Shown here piece by piece: positions 14,188 to 28,559 of a stretch of DNA of 64,000 bases. The position numbers and the translations under genes are program-made. Position 1 is the stretch's first letter. The number at the start of each line of letters is the position of its first letter. The notes under the pieces were generated by a model. That model saw only the letters and a program-made list of their open reading frames with translations, was not told the origin of the DNA and ran no database searches. Source of the stretch: the human T2T-CHM13v2.0 reference genome, Homo sapiens; assembly GCF_009914755.1 (NCBI RefSeq), contig NC_060947.1. One strand, 5' to 3'.

Positions 14188-15772
14188 ACAATCTGAGCAA
14201 AAAGAACAAAGCTGGAGCCATGAAACCATCAGACCTCAAAATATTAATATACTACAAAGCTGTAGTAAGCAAAACAACATGGTACTGGCATAAAAACAGA
14301 CACATAGGCCAATGTAACAGAATAGAGAGCCCCAAAATTAATCCACACATCTACAGTCAACTGACTTTTGACAAAAGTGCCAAGAACACTCCTTGGGGAA
14401 AGGACAATCTCTTCAATAAGTAGTGCTGGAAAAACTGGATATCCATATGCAGAAGAATGAAACTAGACCCTTACTTCTCACCCTATACAAAATCAACTCA
14501 AAATCAATCAAAGATCTAAGTGTATGACCTGAAATAATAAAACTACTAGAAAAAAAAACAGAGGGGAAATACTTCAGGGCATTGGTCTGGTAAAAGACTT
14601 TATGAATAAGACTTCAAAAGCACGGGCAACACAAGCAAAAATAAACAAATGGGATTATATCAAACTAAAAAGCTTCTACACAGCAAAGGCAATAGTCAAC
14701 AGACTGAAAAGACAACCTATAGAATGGGAGAAAACATTTGCATACTACTCATCCAGCAGGGGATTTATATCCAGAATATCCAAGGAACTGAAACATCTCA
14801 GCAGCAAGAAAACAAACAATCCAATTTTTGATATAAGCCAAAGATCATAACAGACATTTCTCAAAAGAAGACATAGAAATGACCAACAAATATATGAAAA
14901 AGTGCTCAACATCACTAATTATCAAGGAAATGCAAATCAAAACCACAATGAAGTACATCTCACTCCAGTTAGAATGGTTATTATCAAAAAGACAAAAAAT
15001 AAGAAATGATAGCTAGATTGCAGAGAAAGAGAAACTCTCACACAATGTTAGTAGAAATACAAACTAGTACAGCCACTATGGAGAACAGTACGATAGTCCC
15101 TCAAAAAACAAAAAATAGAACTACCATATGATCCAGCAATCCCACTACCGGGAATTTATTCAAAGAAAAAACATCATTATATCAAAGAGACAGCTGAACC
15201 CTCATGTTGACTGCAGCACTATTCACAATAGCCAAAATATGGAATCAACCTAGGCGTCCAACAATCTAGATGAATAGAATAGTATTTATCCATTAAAAAA
15301 ATGAAATTATGTTATTCATGGCAACTTGAATGAAACTGAAGGACATTAAGTGAAATAAGCCAGGAACAGAAAGTTGAACACTGAATGTTCTCACTCATGT
15401 GCAGAAGCTAAACTAAATTGATCTCATAGAAGTAAAAAGTAGATTAGAGGATATTAAAGGCTGAGAAGGGAAGGAGAAAGGGATAGGGAGAGATTCATTA
15501 AAGGATACAAAATTATTGCTAGACAGGAGGAGTAAGTTCTAGTGCTCTATAGCACTATGGGATGAATATAGTTAACAATAATATATTATATAGTTTTAAA
15601 TAGCTAGAAGGAGAATATTGAATGTTCCCAAAACAAAGAAATGATACGTGTTTGAGATGATGGATATGCCAGTTACCCTGATCTGATCACTACACATTTG
15701 TGTATTGGGATAAACAAATGGGATATCCCATGAATATGTACAATTATAATTTGTCCATTTAAAAAATAAATT
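14188..15772 (+). mobile_element. 5'-truncated L1 (L1MA-type): ORF2 C-terminus and 3' UTR
   Basis: ORF fragments [19 protein letters not shown]..., [14 protein letters not shown]... match L1 ORF2p; A-rich end near 15770. Confidence 0.95.
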
Positions 15773-15919
15773 TTTTTAATTGCTTTCAAGGTACTTTCTT
15801 AATTTAATGGGTTTACTCCACCACTTTAGTTTAACGAAATCAAGAATTTTCATCACCCACCGAATAGTACAATGTATATTGCATTCCACTCACATTCACA
15901 TTTTCTTATTATAATACTA

Positions 15920-16150
15920 CTTGCCATTTATTGAGCAAGTATTCTGTGCAATACATTATGTGAGTAGCTTTATTTACATTACTTCTTACTCTTATAGCTA
16001 TTTTTAAAGGTAGGAATTATTATTCCCATTTTTTAGATGAATCATTTATCTTCAAAAAGATATAGCAATTTGGCCAAGATCACAGTGTGAGGACAGAGCT
16101 ACACATTCAAACCCAGAACCTTCTAGCTTCAAAGCTAGATTCTCTGCCGT
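15920..16150 (-). mobile_element. MIR
   Basis: ttattcccattttttagatga...ttggccaagatcacag...attcaaacccag core. Confidence 0.75.
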
Positions 16151-16259
16151 ACATCACAGCCTCCATACTTTGTTAGTCCTTCTACAATCAGAGAAAATTA
16201 ATCATCCATTTATCTGAAAAAGATTATCCATATTTTCAAAAGAAATCATGCCCAACATG

Positions 16260-16614
16260 TCATCACTACTATAAAGATACTACCCAAGACTGGGTAATTT
16301 ATAAACAAGGGAGGTTTAATTGACTCACAGTTCTGCATGGCTAGGGGGCCGCAGGAAACTTACAATCGTGACAGAAGGGAAAGGGGAAGCAGACACCTTC
16401 TTCACAGGCGGCAGGAGGGAGAAGTGCAAGCAGAGGAAATGCCAGACACTTATAAAACCATCAGATCTTGTGAGAACTCACTCACTGTTAGGAGAACAGC
16501 ATGAGGGAAATTGCCCTCATGATCGAATCACCTCCCACCAGGCTCCTCCCTCAACAGCTGGGGGTTACAATTCAAGATGAGATTTGGGTGGGGACACAAA
16601 GCCAAACCATGTCA
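16260..16614 (-). mobile_element. THE1D/MSTA-type MaLR LTR
   Basis: gactgggtaatttataaac...caattcaagatgagatttgggtggggacacaaagccaaaccatgtca. Confidence 0.9.
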
Positions 16615-16871
16615 GCCATCTATGATAGGCAAGGTTATCACCAACGTGTGCACACTGAGAGATTAATAAACACATCTAGGGTCATACGGCTAAAAAGCCA
16701 CAGGACACGACTTGATCCATGATGGGTCAACATTTTACATTTTCTCAGTCATCTCCCTGGTAAGTTATCACAGCTAAAAAGAAATAACTATAATACTTTC
16801 TTATCCAAATCCTTCCCCCTGGGTTGGGCTGGACAGGGTGCTAGCCAGAGCAGAGAGGATGCCACAGGTTT

Positions 16872-17065
16872 AGGCAGGGATCTGTAAACGGTGGCCCTAG
16901 GGACAAAGCCAGCCTGCTACCTGCTTTTGTAAATGAAGTTTGACGGGAATGCAGCCACATCCATTCATTTACATATTACCTATGCCCATCTTCACATTAA
17001 AGTGGCCCACGAAGTTGAAAATATGTACCATCGGGCTTTTAACAGAAAAACTGCCAACCCTGGTA
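16872..17065. mobile_element. MER58A-like hAT fossil
   Basis: cctgcttttgtaaatgaagttt...cagccacatccattcatttacatatt...gccaaccctg. Confidence 0.7.
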
Positions 17066-18159
17066 TAGGACATGGAGAGCGAAGACCTTTGTCCAGAGAG
17101 GATGCTAAAATCAAGTGTGAATAGTCAGTGGAAAGTAAGAAATTAAAGCTCATACGGACAGAAAAGGAAAAAGCATTCAGATCACTAAAATGAGAGGGGC
17201 TAGATAGGCATACTGAAATCTGAAACCCAGAACTAGAGATCTGAAGGCACAAGAAGGGGCAGCAGCAGGAAACAAGAGCTGAGAAGGGACAGTAGCTGAG
17301 ACAGAGGCGGTAGCCACAGCAAAGTACCGCCTGTGGTTACATTGAATGTCACCATGGATAGAGGGCCAAATTTGATCCAACAGGCTAGGAATGGAAGCTT
17401 TCAAGTTGCTCCATGTTTTATGATCACTGCTAGAAAGGAGAAATGTTAACATTGCTATTTGAGTAAATTATCCCTGATTGGATTTGTGGTGTGTATTTGT
17501 GTGTCTGTGAATAATTCCACTAAATGCATTGCCTGACAGCTAGAACAAACAGTCAGTAAGCCACAAGACTCTAGGGACATTTGTTTAATAAATATTTGTT
17601 CTCCAAGCAATTCATTACTAATCTAGATTTTGAACGGGTTAATTTGATGAAAAGGAGAAACAAAAGGCAACCTTTGCAGTAAAATATCTGTAATAAGCCT
17701 GACATGAAGTAGTGAAATTTCTTTAAAAAGGCTGGTAGAAATTTTTTTATTTTAATGAAAGAAACATAGAAAGAAAAGAAAGAAGAAAGCCAAAGAAGAA
17801 CAGGACTTGGCAGCTTCCAAGAGCTGATGTGCTCATCTCTTGCCAACTCTGCATTTTGTGATGTGTTATAGATAGCTTGAAAATAGCTGCGATGGCAGAG
17901 ATAACATCTGTCATAGATACTACCTAAACTCAACGTATCAAGAAATAGAAGAATACAGAGGTATAAGAGAATTAAAAACCAAAGCAATTAAAAAGAAGTT
18001 GCATCTGAGGAATGGCCGTAAGGGTTAGGAGAGAGACAGAGGACAGAAAACTGTTACCTTTCATTGTGATGAGCTCTTTTGCACACTGAAGTTTCATTTC
18101 TAACCAGGTGCATGTGTGTCTTTGATTTAAAAAACAAAAGAAAGTGAATGTTGGAGTCA

Positions 18160-18350
18160 GAGTAACACTGATGTGAATCTGGTATATGCCACTTACTAAA
18201 TGTATCACTGGGAGCCACTCACCTAACTCTCAATATCTCAGTTACCACCTTTATGGATTAGGGTAAAAATGGCACTGACCCCCAAGGGCTGTTGAGAGGA
18301 TGAGATGGAATGCAGTGTGTAAAACAGAGAGGCTGGCACAGCGTCAACGC
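18160..18350 (+). mobile_element. MIR fragment
   Basis: gccacttactaaatgt...ctcagtt...gggctgttgagaggatgagatg. Confidence 0.55.
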
Positions 18351-19689
18351 TGGATGGCTGTTCTTACTACCATCCAGTCCCCAGTTCATTATTCCCTTAT
18401 CTCTGCAAATGTATGCCTTGTTGGGCATTGAAGGCTTTTGCATTTTTCAGAGTCCTGGGTGCAAAAGCTCACATTGCCCATGACAGTGATTTTTTTTGAG
18501 CATTCACCAGCTATGACTGAGCATTCACTGGCCAGTACAAAGCAAAAGGGCAGTGTTAAAAAGACATAGTGTGGGAAGAGGAGTTTGAGGAAAGAGTGGG
18601 AACAGAGGAGACCAGCCAGAGAGCAGTGGAAATCCAACTTCTCTGTGGGGCCTCAGAGGCCTTGCACTCTAGGCAAACATGAGCCTTTGCTGCTATGATC
18701 AGTGGGGATGAGAAACAGCAGTATCAGGGTAGTGGAGTCACTGTCTGTATTTGCAGGGTTGCAGACGGTGACTCCACTACTCCTTAAGGTATTCTATGGC
18801 TAGAAGGAAAAAGCCATATTCAAATGAGTGATGCAATTTAGATGCCTACTCCCTCCAAGCATCATTTCCACCTCTGTAAACTATTTTGGAAAGAGACCAG
18901 GGCGTGGAAAGTCATTTGCCAATGCAAACTTTCCTTTCTCATTTGCCACAATCCACGTCTGACACTCCCGATAGCCAGCCAGCTCTGGACAGCCAATTTA
19001 TACAAGCTGCGATGGGACTGCACCCCTGCCCCACCTCATAAGAAACAAGGAGAACATGGCACATGGGATGATGCTGTTACTTATCTCTGCATTACAATGA
19101 GCTCTGCTCCCTCCACAGAGAAGCCCTCATTAGATCAACTCAATTTCTCTCTCACCCTTCGCCCACATGGCCCTGCCAGCCCCAGACCCCAGAGGTCCTT
19201 TCACCCTGCTACTGAAGCCTTGGCCCCATGACACCCCCATGGTGGCGACCTCCATTTCATACCTATCAGGCTTTTAAATGCCAAGGACAGCCTGGATTTT
19301 GAAGGCGTTGCCTTCCAAAGTAAAGCAGCTTTCCATATCCACTAATTGGTTTTGCACTGGCACAGCTACACTCTGGAAATTGAGAGAAAAATCATGTGAA
19401 ACAGAGAATTGTGGAGCAGAAATACCAACTGAATTCCTGAATAACCCCTTTGTTGTAATTGTTTCCTCAGATGCAAAGGGAAATGGTTTGTATCTATATC
19501 CAACTTATAGATATGTATTTGTAATATATGTGTATGTATATGTCTATATATTTATAATATTTATGTTTTTGAATGAACTTCATATGTAATATACATTAAA
19601 AGAAAGATGAGATTTATTTGTATATAAAAGTTCTTAGCTTATCTGGAAAGAATTTGGTTTAATTGTACCATTCTTACAAATGTGTTGAT

Positions 19690-20040
19690 TCATTCAACCA
19701 GTACGTTAAACAAATACTGTGGGGCAAGCATGATTATAGGAGCTGTGAATTCATTTGGTTAAAAAAACAGACCAAAAAAATCCATCTCTTTTCACTAGTT
19801 TACATTGTAGTATGAATGGGGGAAAGCTGACAATAAATAAAATTAAGAAGTCAAATAAATAGAATATTACATAGTGATAAATAGTATGGAGGAAAATAAA
19901 GCAGGAAAGAGAAATAATTTTAATAAGAATGTATGATAAGAATGGGAAGTAATTATAATAAGGAGGAGCTGAATGACTTCATTGATCATGTGACCTTTTG
20001 GGAAATGCCTGGAGGAAGTGATGGAATAAGTAAGGGCCTT
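19690..20040 (-). mobile_element. L2 fragment
   Basis: ttcattcaacc...tttacattgtagt...gtgataaatagtatggaggaaaataaagcagg. Confidence 0.6.
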
Positions 20041-20101
20041 ACTGTGGCTGCAATGGATAGAACCAAGAAGACAGAAATTGGAGTTGTCAGACAGGTGTGG
20101 G

Positions 20102-20632
20102 ATTATATTAGTTATCTATAGCTGCGTAGCAACTTAGCAGAAGCTTAGTGGCATAAAACAATACTTGTTTATAATCTCACATTTTCTATGGGTCAGGAGT
20201 CTGGGCAAGACTTCATTGCATCCTCTGATTCAGGGTCTCTGACAGGGCTGTGATCTCATCATCTGAGCATCTAATCTGAAGGCTTGACCATGGAATAATC
20301 TGCTCATGTGGTTGTTAGTAGGATTCAGTTCCCTGAGGGATGTTGGACTCAGGGTCTCACTGGCTCTTGTTTGAAAGCCACCCTCAGTCCCTTGTCATAT
20401 GAGTATCTCCAGCACAGCAGCTTGCTTTATCAAAGCCAGCAAGGAAGGAACTTCTAAAAAGACAATCAGGCTTTTGTAAGCCATTCATGGAAGTGACGCC
20501 CCATCACTTTTATTGTATTCTGTATTTTAAAAGTGAGTCACAGACCACATTCAAAGGGAGGGGAACACATGAGGTTATGAATATCAGGATGCAGGAATCA
20601 TTAGAGGCCATCTTAAAGGTCCGCTTGGCACA
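20102..20632 (-). mobile_element. MLT1 (F/H-like) MaLR LTR
   Basis: tattagttatctatagctgc...tctcacattttctatgggtcaggagtctggg...attcaagggagggg. Confidence 0.8.
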
Positions 20633-22531
20633 GTGTGGCAGAGCACGGAGGGCTTTGTGGGTCATTGGAAGGAATTTGGCTTTTACAAGGATGTAGAAAT
20701 TGATGTGATGACAGTTTACATGATGCAGCTGAGAAACTAAGTTGCAGTGTCCATTGGCCAAGTATTGACTTCACAGCCACCCTCATAGTCCCCCATGAGA
20801 CCCCTCAATTTCCTTGTCTCATGGAGGACAGTGGCAGTGACTTTTCAGCATTCTATGCTGTTCTCACCCCCTCTGCAACCTGTCCCAATGCTCCAAGCGT
20901 TTCCCCAATCACTCATCGTCTCTCCTTGTTTCTTTCATTCATACAAATATTCTCCCATTTTCTTCTCAACCTATCTCTTTCCTGTTAAAAGTCACCACTT
21001 CCATTAATCGCAGTCTTCTCTTCCTCTTTTGACCAGCAGCACCACTACCAGACTACCAATATCATTAAATTATTTAGCATCTTGGTAAGGGAATCTTCTC
21101 ATCCAATTCAGAATAGGAGAGATAGCATTGCCACAACTAAGTTAAACTGCAAGGTTTTGAGGCATGTGCTAATAACGGGTGGAGCAGAAATTCAATAACC
21201 ACGAATGTCAGGAAAATCTGGCCAAATTGCTGTTTTCTTGTGAGCCTACCCAGTTCTTTACAGAGCTCAGACAACATCTTTCTATCTTGCTTCTCTCATC
21301 CCACCACTTTTATATCTATATGCGTACCTTAGTTTCTCTATTATTGATCTACCTGATCTCCCCAGAAAGCTGCATCCACTGGGCTGATAATGCTGTCCTA
21401 ATCAGTTTTCTCCATGAACCAATAGTCTTCCCATCCAACCTTGTTTTCAAATGCCTTTCCAGTGATGCTTTGCTCCCCTACGTCCATTTCTGGAGGCTTC
21501 TGCTTTCTTGGCATATGAGTAAACTAATAACGGCAAGGTTTTGGCAGAGTCCGCTTTTGTACTTAGATCATATGACAGTAATCAAGAATAGCATCATAAT
21601 AACAGACATTTTAAAATATGGCTAGGTCGTAAAGTGCCATCTTTAAATACTTAAACGAAAGATTGGTGAGATCTTAGTTTCTTAAAATACTTTCAAGCCA
21701 TTAGACCACAGGGGCCTTATGGGAACATTTTTTAAGGCAGAAAAAGAAAGTTTTTTTGTCCTGATGTTCTTTAATAGGAGTTTTGTTATTTATGTTTTGG
21801 GGGGAATTACATTCTCAGAAATGATCAAAATGAGTGTGGCAATGTCTACATTTGCCAGAAAATGTATTTCCCCTCAGGTTTTGAAACCCCTTGAAAACAT
21901 CTGTAACCTGCTGTCTTGTTTTTATAGTAATTGAAGCTAAATCAGGTCTTAGAGAAAAATGAAGCATGCAACACAATGGAAGGAATTCCATTGTCGGCTG
22001 AAGTTTTTCCAGATACTCAAATTTTCCCCCTTGTGTAAACATGGTCTTTATCATGAAACCGAACAAACGTTTTTCTAAATTCGTCTCTCAGGAGCATACC
22101 CACGCTGCACATCATGGAACATTTTATCCTCCAAAGATAGGCTGAAAGCCCTAAATTACTCATTATATGGCTTACCGAGAGAAGCTCATTGTTAGTTAAT
22201 TGGAGATAATGTGACCTTGTTCCTTGATGCAGATATGTTGAAATTGCCAGTTATTTCTGTAGTTAATCTCTTCTGCAAAAAAAAATTGTCAGTCGTAAAA
22301 TTTATCTGCTTATGATAAAATGTATCTTCTTATGATAAAAAATGAGACAACAATAAATACTCAGTTTGTAGAGAAGAGGATGTGGAATACTAAAGAGGAG
22401 AGATCCATATTTCTGAAAAATTTGCAACAGGACAGCTCTCCCACGTGCTATGTAACCCAATCATCTCCAAGAAAAATATTTCCATTAGTTGGACTTCACA
22501 GGGCCACAGCTAAGTTGAGGCAAGTGCTTAG

Positions 22532-22819
<288 letters not shown>

Positions 22820-23679
22820 TCAATTCATTACAACTTAAAACACAGGTGATGCATTCCTATAGTTAACGGACTCTCTACAGAGCATCCTGAAGAAATAATG
22901 ACCATTAAGATGTAGCCACAGTGATAAGGGGCTTATAATCCAATTGCACAGAGAAGACACAATATTTTCTTCCTGAGCAAAACCTTGCTTGGACCCTGCA
23001 TTGCCTTTCAAACTAGGATTCTAATGCCTCCTTCCTTAAGTTGCCAAATGTTATCACTCCACCTGCTGCTCACTTTCATGAGAAACACTCTTTTTTACAT
23101 ATGACTTGCATGAAAGCCCTGTTAAACCATCTGAGACCTCCTAATGTACTGCAAACCCAGAACTTTAAGCACCATCCAACATCATTGACCAGAGGCTTGC
23201 TATGTGTTGCACAGCCCTTCTTTCTTGAGCATTTCTTCCCACTGTCACTGTGCTTTGCCTCCAATGTTTCTCATCTCTTCCCAATCTACTTTGATAGAAT
23301 CCTCTTATTATTATTATTATTTTTTTAATGTACCACCTTCTGCCTCAATGTTGACATTGTCTGTGACTTGGACCTTCTCTTGCTGCTCTGCATGATCTCC
23401 CTGGCCAATCCCAGCCACTTGCAAAGGTCTACTTTTTAATGCATATTGACTTCCAAATCCGTATCCACGAGCCAAGCTCTTTCCACTGGAAACCACATCT
23501 TTTTATCTCTTTAGACACATGTATTAAATAACCACTAAGTTCCTGAGAACCGGGGGGTGCAAAGATGAACCAGATAGCCTCTGACCTCAGATTACAACCC
23601 AGCGGAGGATACTGATCATCTCCCCAAAAGTTACCACCACATAATATGTGTTTCAATTAAAGCATAAATGTGGTGCTCA

Positions 23680-23850
23680 GGGATGACACGGCTCACACTG
23701 TCATGTGCAGCTGAAACATCAGAGTATCTGGGTAAAATGAAGGTTCTGATACAGAAGTTCAGGAGTGCAACTAAAGATGTTGCACTTCCAACAACCTCTC
23801 AGGTGATGATGCTGTCAGTGGTCCGTGGAACACACTCTGAATATCAAACT
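23680..23850. mobile_element. MER5-like hAT fossil
   Basis: aaaatgaaggttctg...ttgcacttccaacaacctctcaggtgatgatg...cacactctga. Confidence 0.55.
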
Positions 23851-24607
23851 TTTAGGAGACTTTCCTGACCCTAACTCAGTCTATAAGGTTATAGAAGGGA
23901 TACCTGAGATATGTCTGGGGATAGATCTGAATGTACTAGGGAAACAGGTGGGAAAAGACAGTGGGGGAAGATGAAAAGCATGGTCAAAAGGCCAAACATG
24001 GAAGAGTGTGGAAATCTGAAAGAATGATGCCTGCACAGCCCATGGCAGCAGAGGCAGGAGAAGCAGGTAGGTGGAGTGGCACGTGGTGGGGTGAGGGGAC
24101 CTAGGGAGAGAATTAGGAGTTACATAGTGATGTGGCCTCTAGCATGTCCAAGAGAGGAGATGTGCAGAATGAAAAGCAGAGGCACGGCTGGAGAGAGAAG
24201 CCCTAAGCCACACATGAGGTTCAGTCTGTGCTGTGCACCCCTGAGGATCACAGGGGTAGAGGGCTGTCTCCAGCGACTGGACCCACCTGACAGCCCTTGG
24301 CCACTCTGGTTTTCTTCTTGGTTACCCCCTGAGGGCATGGCTACAGTATCTATTACTGCTTTTTGTTCATGGAGTGAACTGTTTTCTTAAACCACTTCAA
24401 GCCAGTTATTTCAAGAAATAAAGATTATGGTGATACTTTTCCAAATAGTGGAGGTTGAAAACAAACCACCAAAACACCATACAGATTCATCAAGAAACAA
24501 GTTACCTCTGCTATTAAATGAATGAATGAGTGAATGAATGAATAAATTAATGATATAGGAAGGTACTTTGGGTAGGAATCCAGTAGAGAACAATCAGTAC
24601 TCTCTAA

Positions 24608-24928
24608 ACCAATGTTGTCTAATAGAAATATGCATGCAACATACACAATTTAAAATTTTCTGGTAACCATGTCTAAAAGTCAAAACAAACAGATGAAATT
24701 AATCTTAATAATACATTTTACTTAATCCAACATACTCAAAATATTATCATTTCAATGTGTAATCAATATAAAAGATATTAATGAGATATTTCACTTTCTT
24801 TTGTACTAAGTCTTTGAAACTCGTGTATGCATTTTACACTTACATCACACCTTAATTCTGACTCACCCCTTTTCAAGCACTCAATAGCACTGTAGGGCTG
24901 GTGGCTGCCACACCGAACGGCACAGGTT
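24608..24928. mobile_element. MER33/MER3-like hAT fossil
   Basis: ttgtctaatagaaata...aaaatattatcatttcaatgtgtaatcaatata...ggctggtggctgcc. Confidence 0.8.
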
Positions 24929-26511
24929 TAAAAGGTGCAGCATCAACTTCACTGTCCACATCTATTCCCAGGTAATCTTGGCCAAGTCACCTTGCCTTTC
25001 TGATACCAACATTCATCATCTGAATCAAGAAGGCTGGAGAGCATCAGTGTTCTCCATGGTAAGGCAATGATTCTGAAGACATCAGTATTATAGACAAAGA
25101 AACGAGCATTCTACATATATGTGTGTGTGTAAACAAACACTGGAAGTACGGTGACTATCATCCTAGAAATCCCAATCTTAATGTGGCCTCTCACACTCTA
25201 CAAGGATGGGAAACATGACTCTACATGATTATTAAGGTTCTTCAAGCTCTTAACGTTTTGCTCCTCTTTGTTGTTATTGTTTTATGATTCTACAAATGGC
25301 AGCAGAAATAAAGCAATAGCATGTGTATTATTCACTTGATTGAAACAGGCATGTTTACTGCACTCAGGTGCTACAGAAACAGGCCTATAACCCAACACCT
25401 GCCTCTGCACTATTTAAAGTTAATTGAACAACAATCATGTCTTTAAACACAGAGGCGTCCACGTGGTGACGCACCATTAGTGGCTTTAAACTATGGTCAG
25501 CTCTGCTGCTTTAGAGAATAACGGAAAAAGAGACTACATTTTCTTTCTTCTCTTTATCGAAAGGTCTGTAAGATATACCTGCTACTCAGTTTCTTAAGGA
25601 AAACCTTTTTTGCTTGTCTTCTAAAGGTTGTCTTCTAAATTCCTAACAAATCTATGAGCAAGTTAGAGGCAACGGTTCTATATTATTTGGTTGTGTGAGC
25701 CTAGCGTTTGGCACAGCATCTAGCACACATTTGGCCCTCAATATGTGCTTATCAAGTACAGGAAGTAGCATCTCAAACCTCACCATGGGTTTGCAAATGT
25801 AATAACTACATGTGGCTAATAATACATCTTCTGCAGTGCTCCCGGGGCTGTGCCCCAGGGGAGAGGTTGTGCATGTGAGGTTTTCTCTATTACCAGGTAT
25901 TGATTAAGAGTTGGAAGGGAGGAGAGAGCTGGAAAAATTGCAGAGGAGGCCCATAGACAGCTCGTACCCACCTTCACTACCTGGAAAACAGCGAGAGGAG
26001 AAACAGCTTCCTTCTCCTGAGCCCCAGACCAGTCACTGAGACAACTCTTGGGTACCTTAAAGAATGTCTTTCTGGCCAGTTTATCTTATTTTAAAATCTA
26101 TGTATACGTGTGCACACATAATTTTATGTAATGTCCTAATGTGGTTATCTCATGTATACTAGCTCATATTTTGACAGTCTTGTGCATGTGTGTGCATGCC
26201 AGTGTTAAATTACTATGTTAAATTACACTTTGTGTATATGTTTAACATTGTAACAGCAATCAATAGATTCATGTCCAAAAGGGCTATAAATATTCAGATT
26301 ATCATCAGCAATATACGAAAATTCCCATTTTTCCGTATACTTTCCGGTAATATGTGTTATTGTTTTCACGTTGTTTTATAATATTTCTGTACCTAAAGCA
26401 AATGTCAGGTAAGCAATATGCACCCCCAAGATGTCACCCTTTTAGCTGAAATCAGAAAGCTCTACTTAACTGAATGCAGTAGGAAGGGCACTATTAATAA
26501 GAAGAGACTCC

Positions 26512-26829
26512 AGCTGGGCATGGTGGCTAACACCTGTAATCCCAGCACTTTGGGAGGCCGAGGCAGGTGTATTGCTTGAGTCCAGGAGTTCCAGACCAGC
26601 CTGGGAAACATGGTGAACCCCATCTCTACAAAAAAATATAAAAATTAGCTGGACATGGTGGCGTGTGCCTGCAGTCCCAGCTACTTGGGAGGTTGAGATA
26701 GGAGGATAGGAGGATCATTTGAGCCCAGGAGGTTGAAGCTGCAGTGAGCCATGATCGTGTCATTGCACTCCAGCCTGGACAACAGAGTGAGATCCTGTCT
26801 CCAAAAAAAAAAAAAAAAAAAAAAAAAAA
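26512..26829 (+). mobile_element. Full-length Alu (AluJ-like)
   Basis: Two arms, ggaggatcatttgagcccagg, long A tail. Confidence 0.96.
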
Positions 26830-27089
26830 TGGTCTCTGTAGATCTGATTTGGGATTTACACTCTGCCCCCTAACCTGCCAACTTGTGAGAGTCCTTTAAC
26901 CTCATATCAAAGGGCTGACAAGACAATATAAATTTTACAGGCCAAAATCAAAGTGAAGCTAAGAATCAAGAAACAATAGTAAAATACTAAAGACATTTTC
27001 CCCTAAGGGCATTTGGTCAACTGGGAAAATTTAAGTTTTAGATTCTAATTCCTCACAGGACACAAAAAGTAGAAAACAAAATGCAGGGC

Positions 27090-27620
27090 TCCACCACTGG
27101 ATATCTACCCAGAGGGAAATGTATCATTCTATCAAAAAGGCAGCTGTGCTGGTATGTTGATCACAGCACTATTCACAATAGCAAAGTCATGGAATCAACC
27201 TAATGTCCATCAACGTGGAATTGGATAAAGAAAATGTGGTGTGTGTATACCATGGAAAAAGTACTCAGCCATAAAAAAGAACAAAATCATGTATTTGGCA
27301 GCAACATGGATGTGCCTGGAGGCCATTATCCTAAGTGAAATGACTCAGAAACAGAAAGTCAAATACCACGTGTTCTCACTTATAAATGGAAGCTAAACTA
27401 CAGGTACACATGCACATATAGTGTGGAATAATAGACACTGGAGACTCCAAAAGATGGGAAGGTGGGAGGGAGAGGAGGGTTGAAAAATTACCTACTGGGT
27501 ACAATGTACCCTATTTGGGTACACTAAAAGCCCAGACTTTACCACTACACAATAGATCCATGTAAGAAACCTGCATTTTTACTCCCCAAATATATAAAAA
27601 ATATATATAAATAAAATTTT
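27090..27620 (+). mobile_element. L1 (L1PB/MA-type) 3' fragment
   Basis: gcactattcacaatagcaaagtcatggaatcaacc, tgttctcacttataaatgg, AT-rich end. Confidence 0.92.
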
Positions 27621-28020
27621 AAAACCCAGGGCTCATCCAGTATAAGAAATCTAACAAACCCTTCTACCTCAAACCTGGGACTCCAAAGCCCTACACCCTT
27701 AGTGTAAGTTTGAGGCAAAATAAACTCACACAAAACCTCCACCATGAAGGGATGAATAGGACACTTTCCCAGGTCCCAAGGAAAGCAATGAAGGAATATA
27801 AATTAAAAAGCTATAACACAAACTAGTACTCATGTGGGTGTGCAACCCAAATTCATGTCACTTTGGATGTTCAAAAATGTTAAGCTACCTAGTTAATTCA
27901 AAATAATATGTATAAAACAATCTGTGGTGAAGAGATGGGCTCTTTGTTTAATTTCCAGCCCATGGGAACTCATACTTTAATAAAATACAATAAAAATGAA
28001 GTGCTCAAAAATTATATGGA

Positions 28021-28327
28021 GGCTGGGTGCGGTGGTTCACACCTATAATCTCAGCACTTTGAGGGGCCAAGGTGGGTGGATCACTTGAGCTCAGAAGTTC
28101 AAGACCAACCTGGGCAACATGGCAAGGCCCCATCTTTACTAAAATTACCAAAAATACTAGTCAGGCATGGCGGTGCACACACCTGTGGTCCCAGCTACTC
28201 AGGAGGCTGAGGTGGGAGAATCACTTGAGCCCAGGAGGTGGAGGCTGCAGTGAGCTGAGATCATGCTACTGTACTCCAACTTGGGCAACAGAGGGAGACC
28301 CTATCTCAAATTAAAAAAAAAAAAAAG
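28021..28327 (+). mobile_element. Full-length Alu (AluJ-like)
   Basis: Two arms, A tail, flanking atatgga on both sides. Confidence 0.96.
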
Positions 28328-28559
28328 ATATGGAAAAAGAGTGAAGACAAACATAGCATATTAATGTTGCAGCAATATCAAGATACTATAAAAAACTTTG
28401 AGTGTCACTACTGATTTCCATAATTATCCCAAAAGGCTTACAAGCATTTTGTACAGCAACACCTGACCCCCAGTATCTAGCAGAACAAGTTCAAGTGCTC
28501 TCTGTGGAACACACCTCCCACTTAAGTGTTAGAGAATTCTCAAATAATTTTCCATGGGA

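Noticed and set aside
25677-25692. 16-mer tctatattatttggtt shared with the tandem duplication at 13479-13518
   Set aside because: AT-rich 16-mer 12 kb away; about one such match is expected by chance in 64 kb.
26697-26716. 8-bp tandem duplication in an Alu, and similar ones near 22303, 44324 and 49852
   Set aside because: Ordinary slippage-type micro-duplications.
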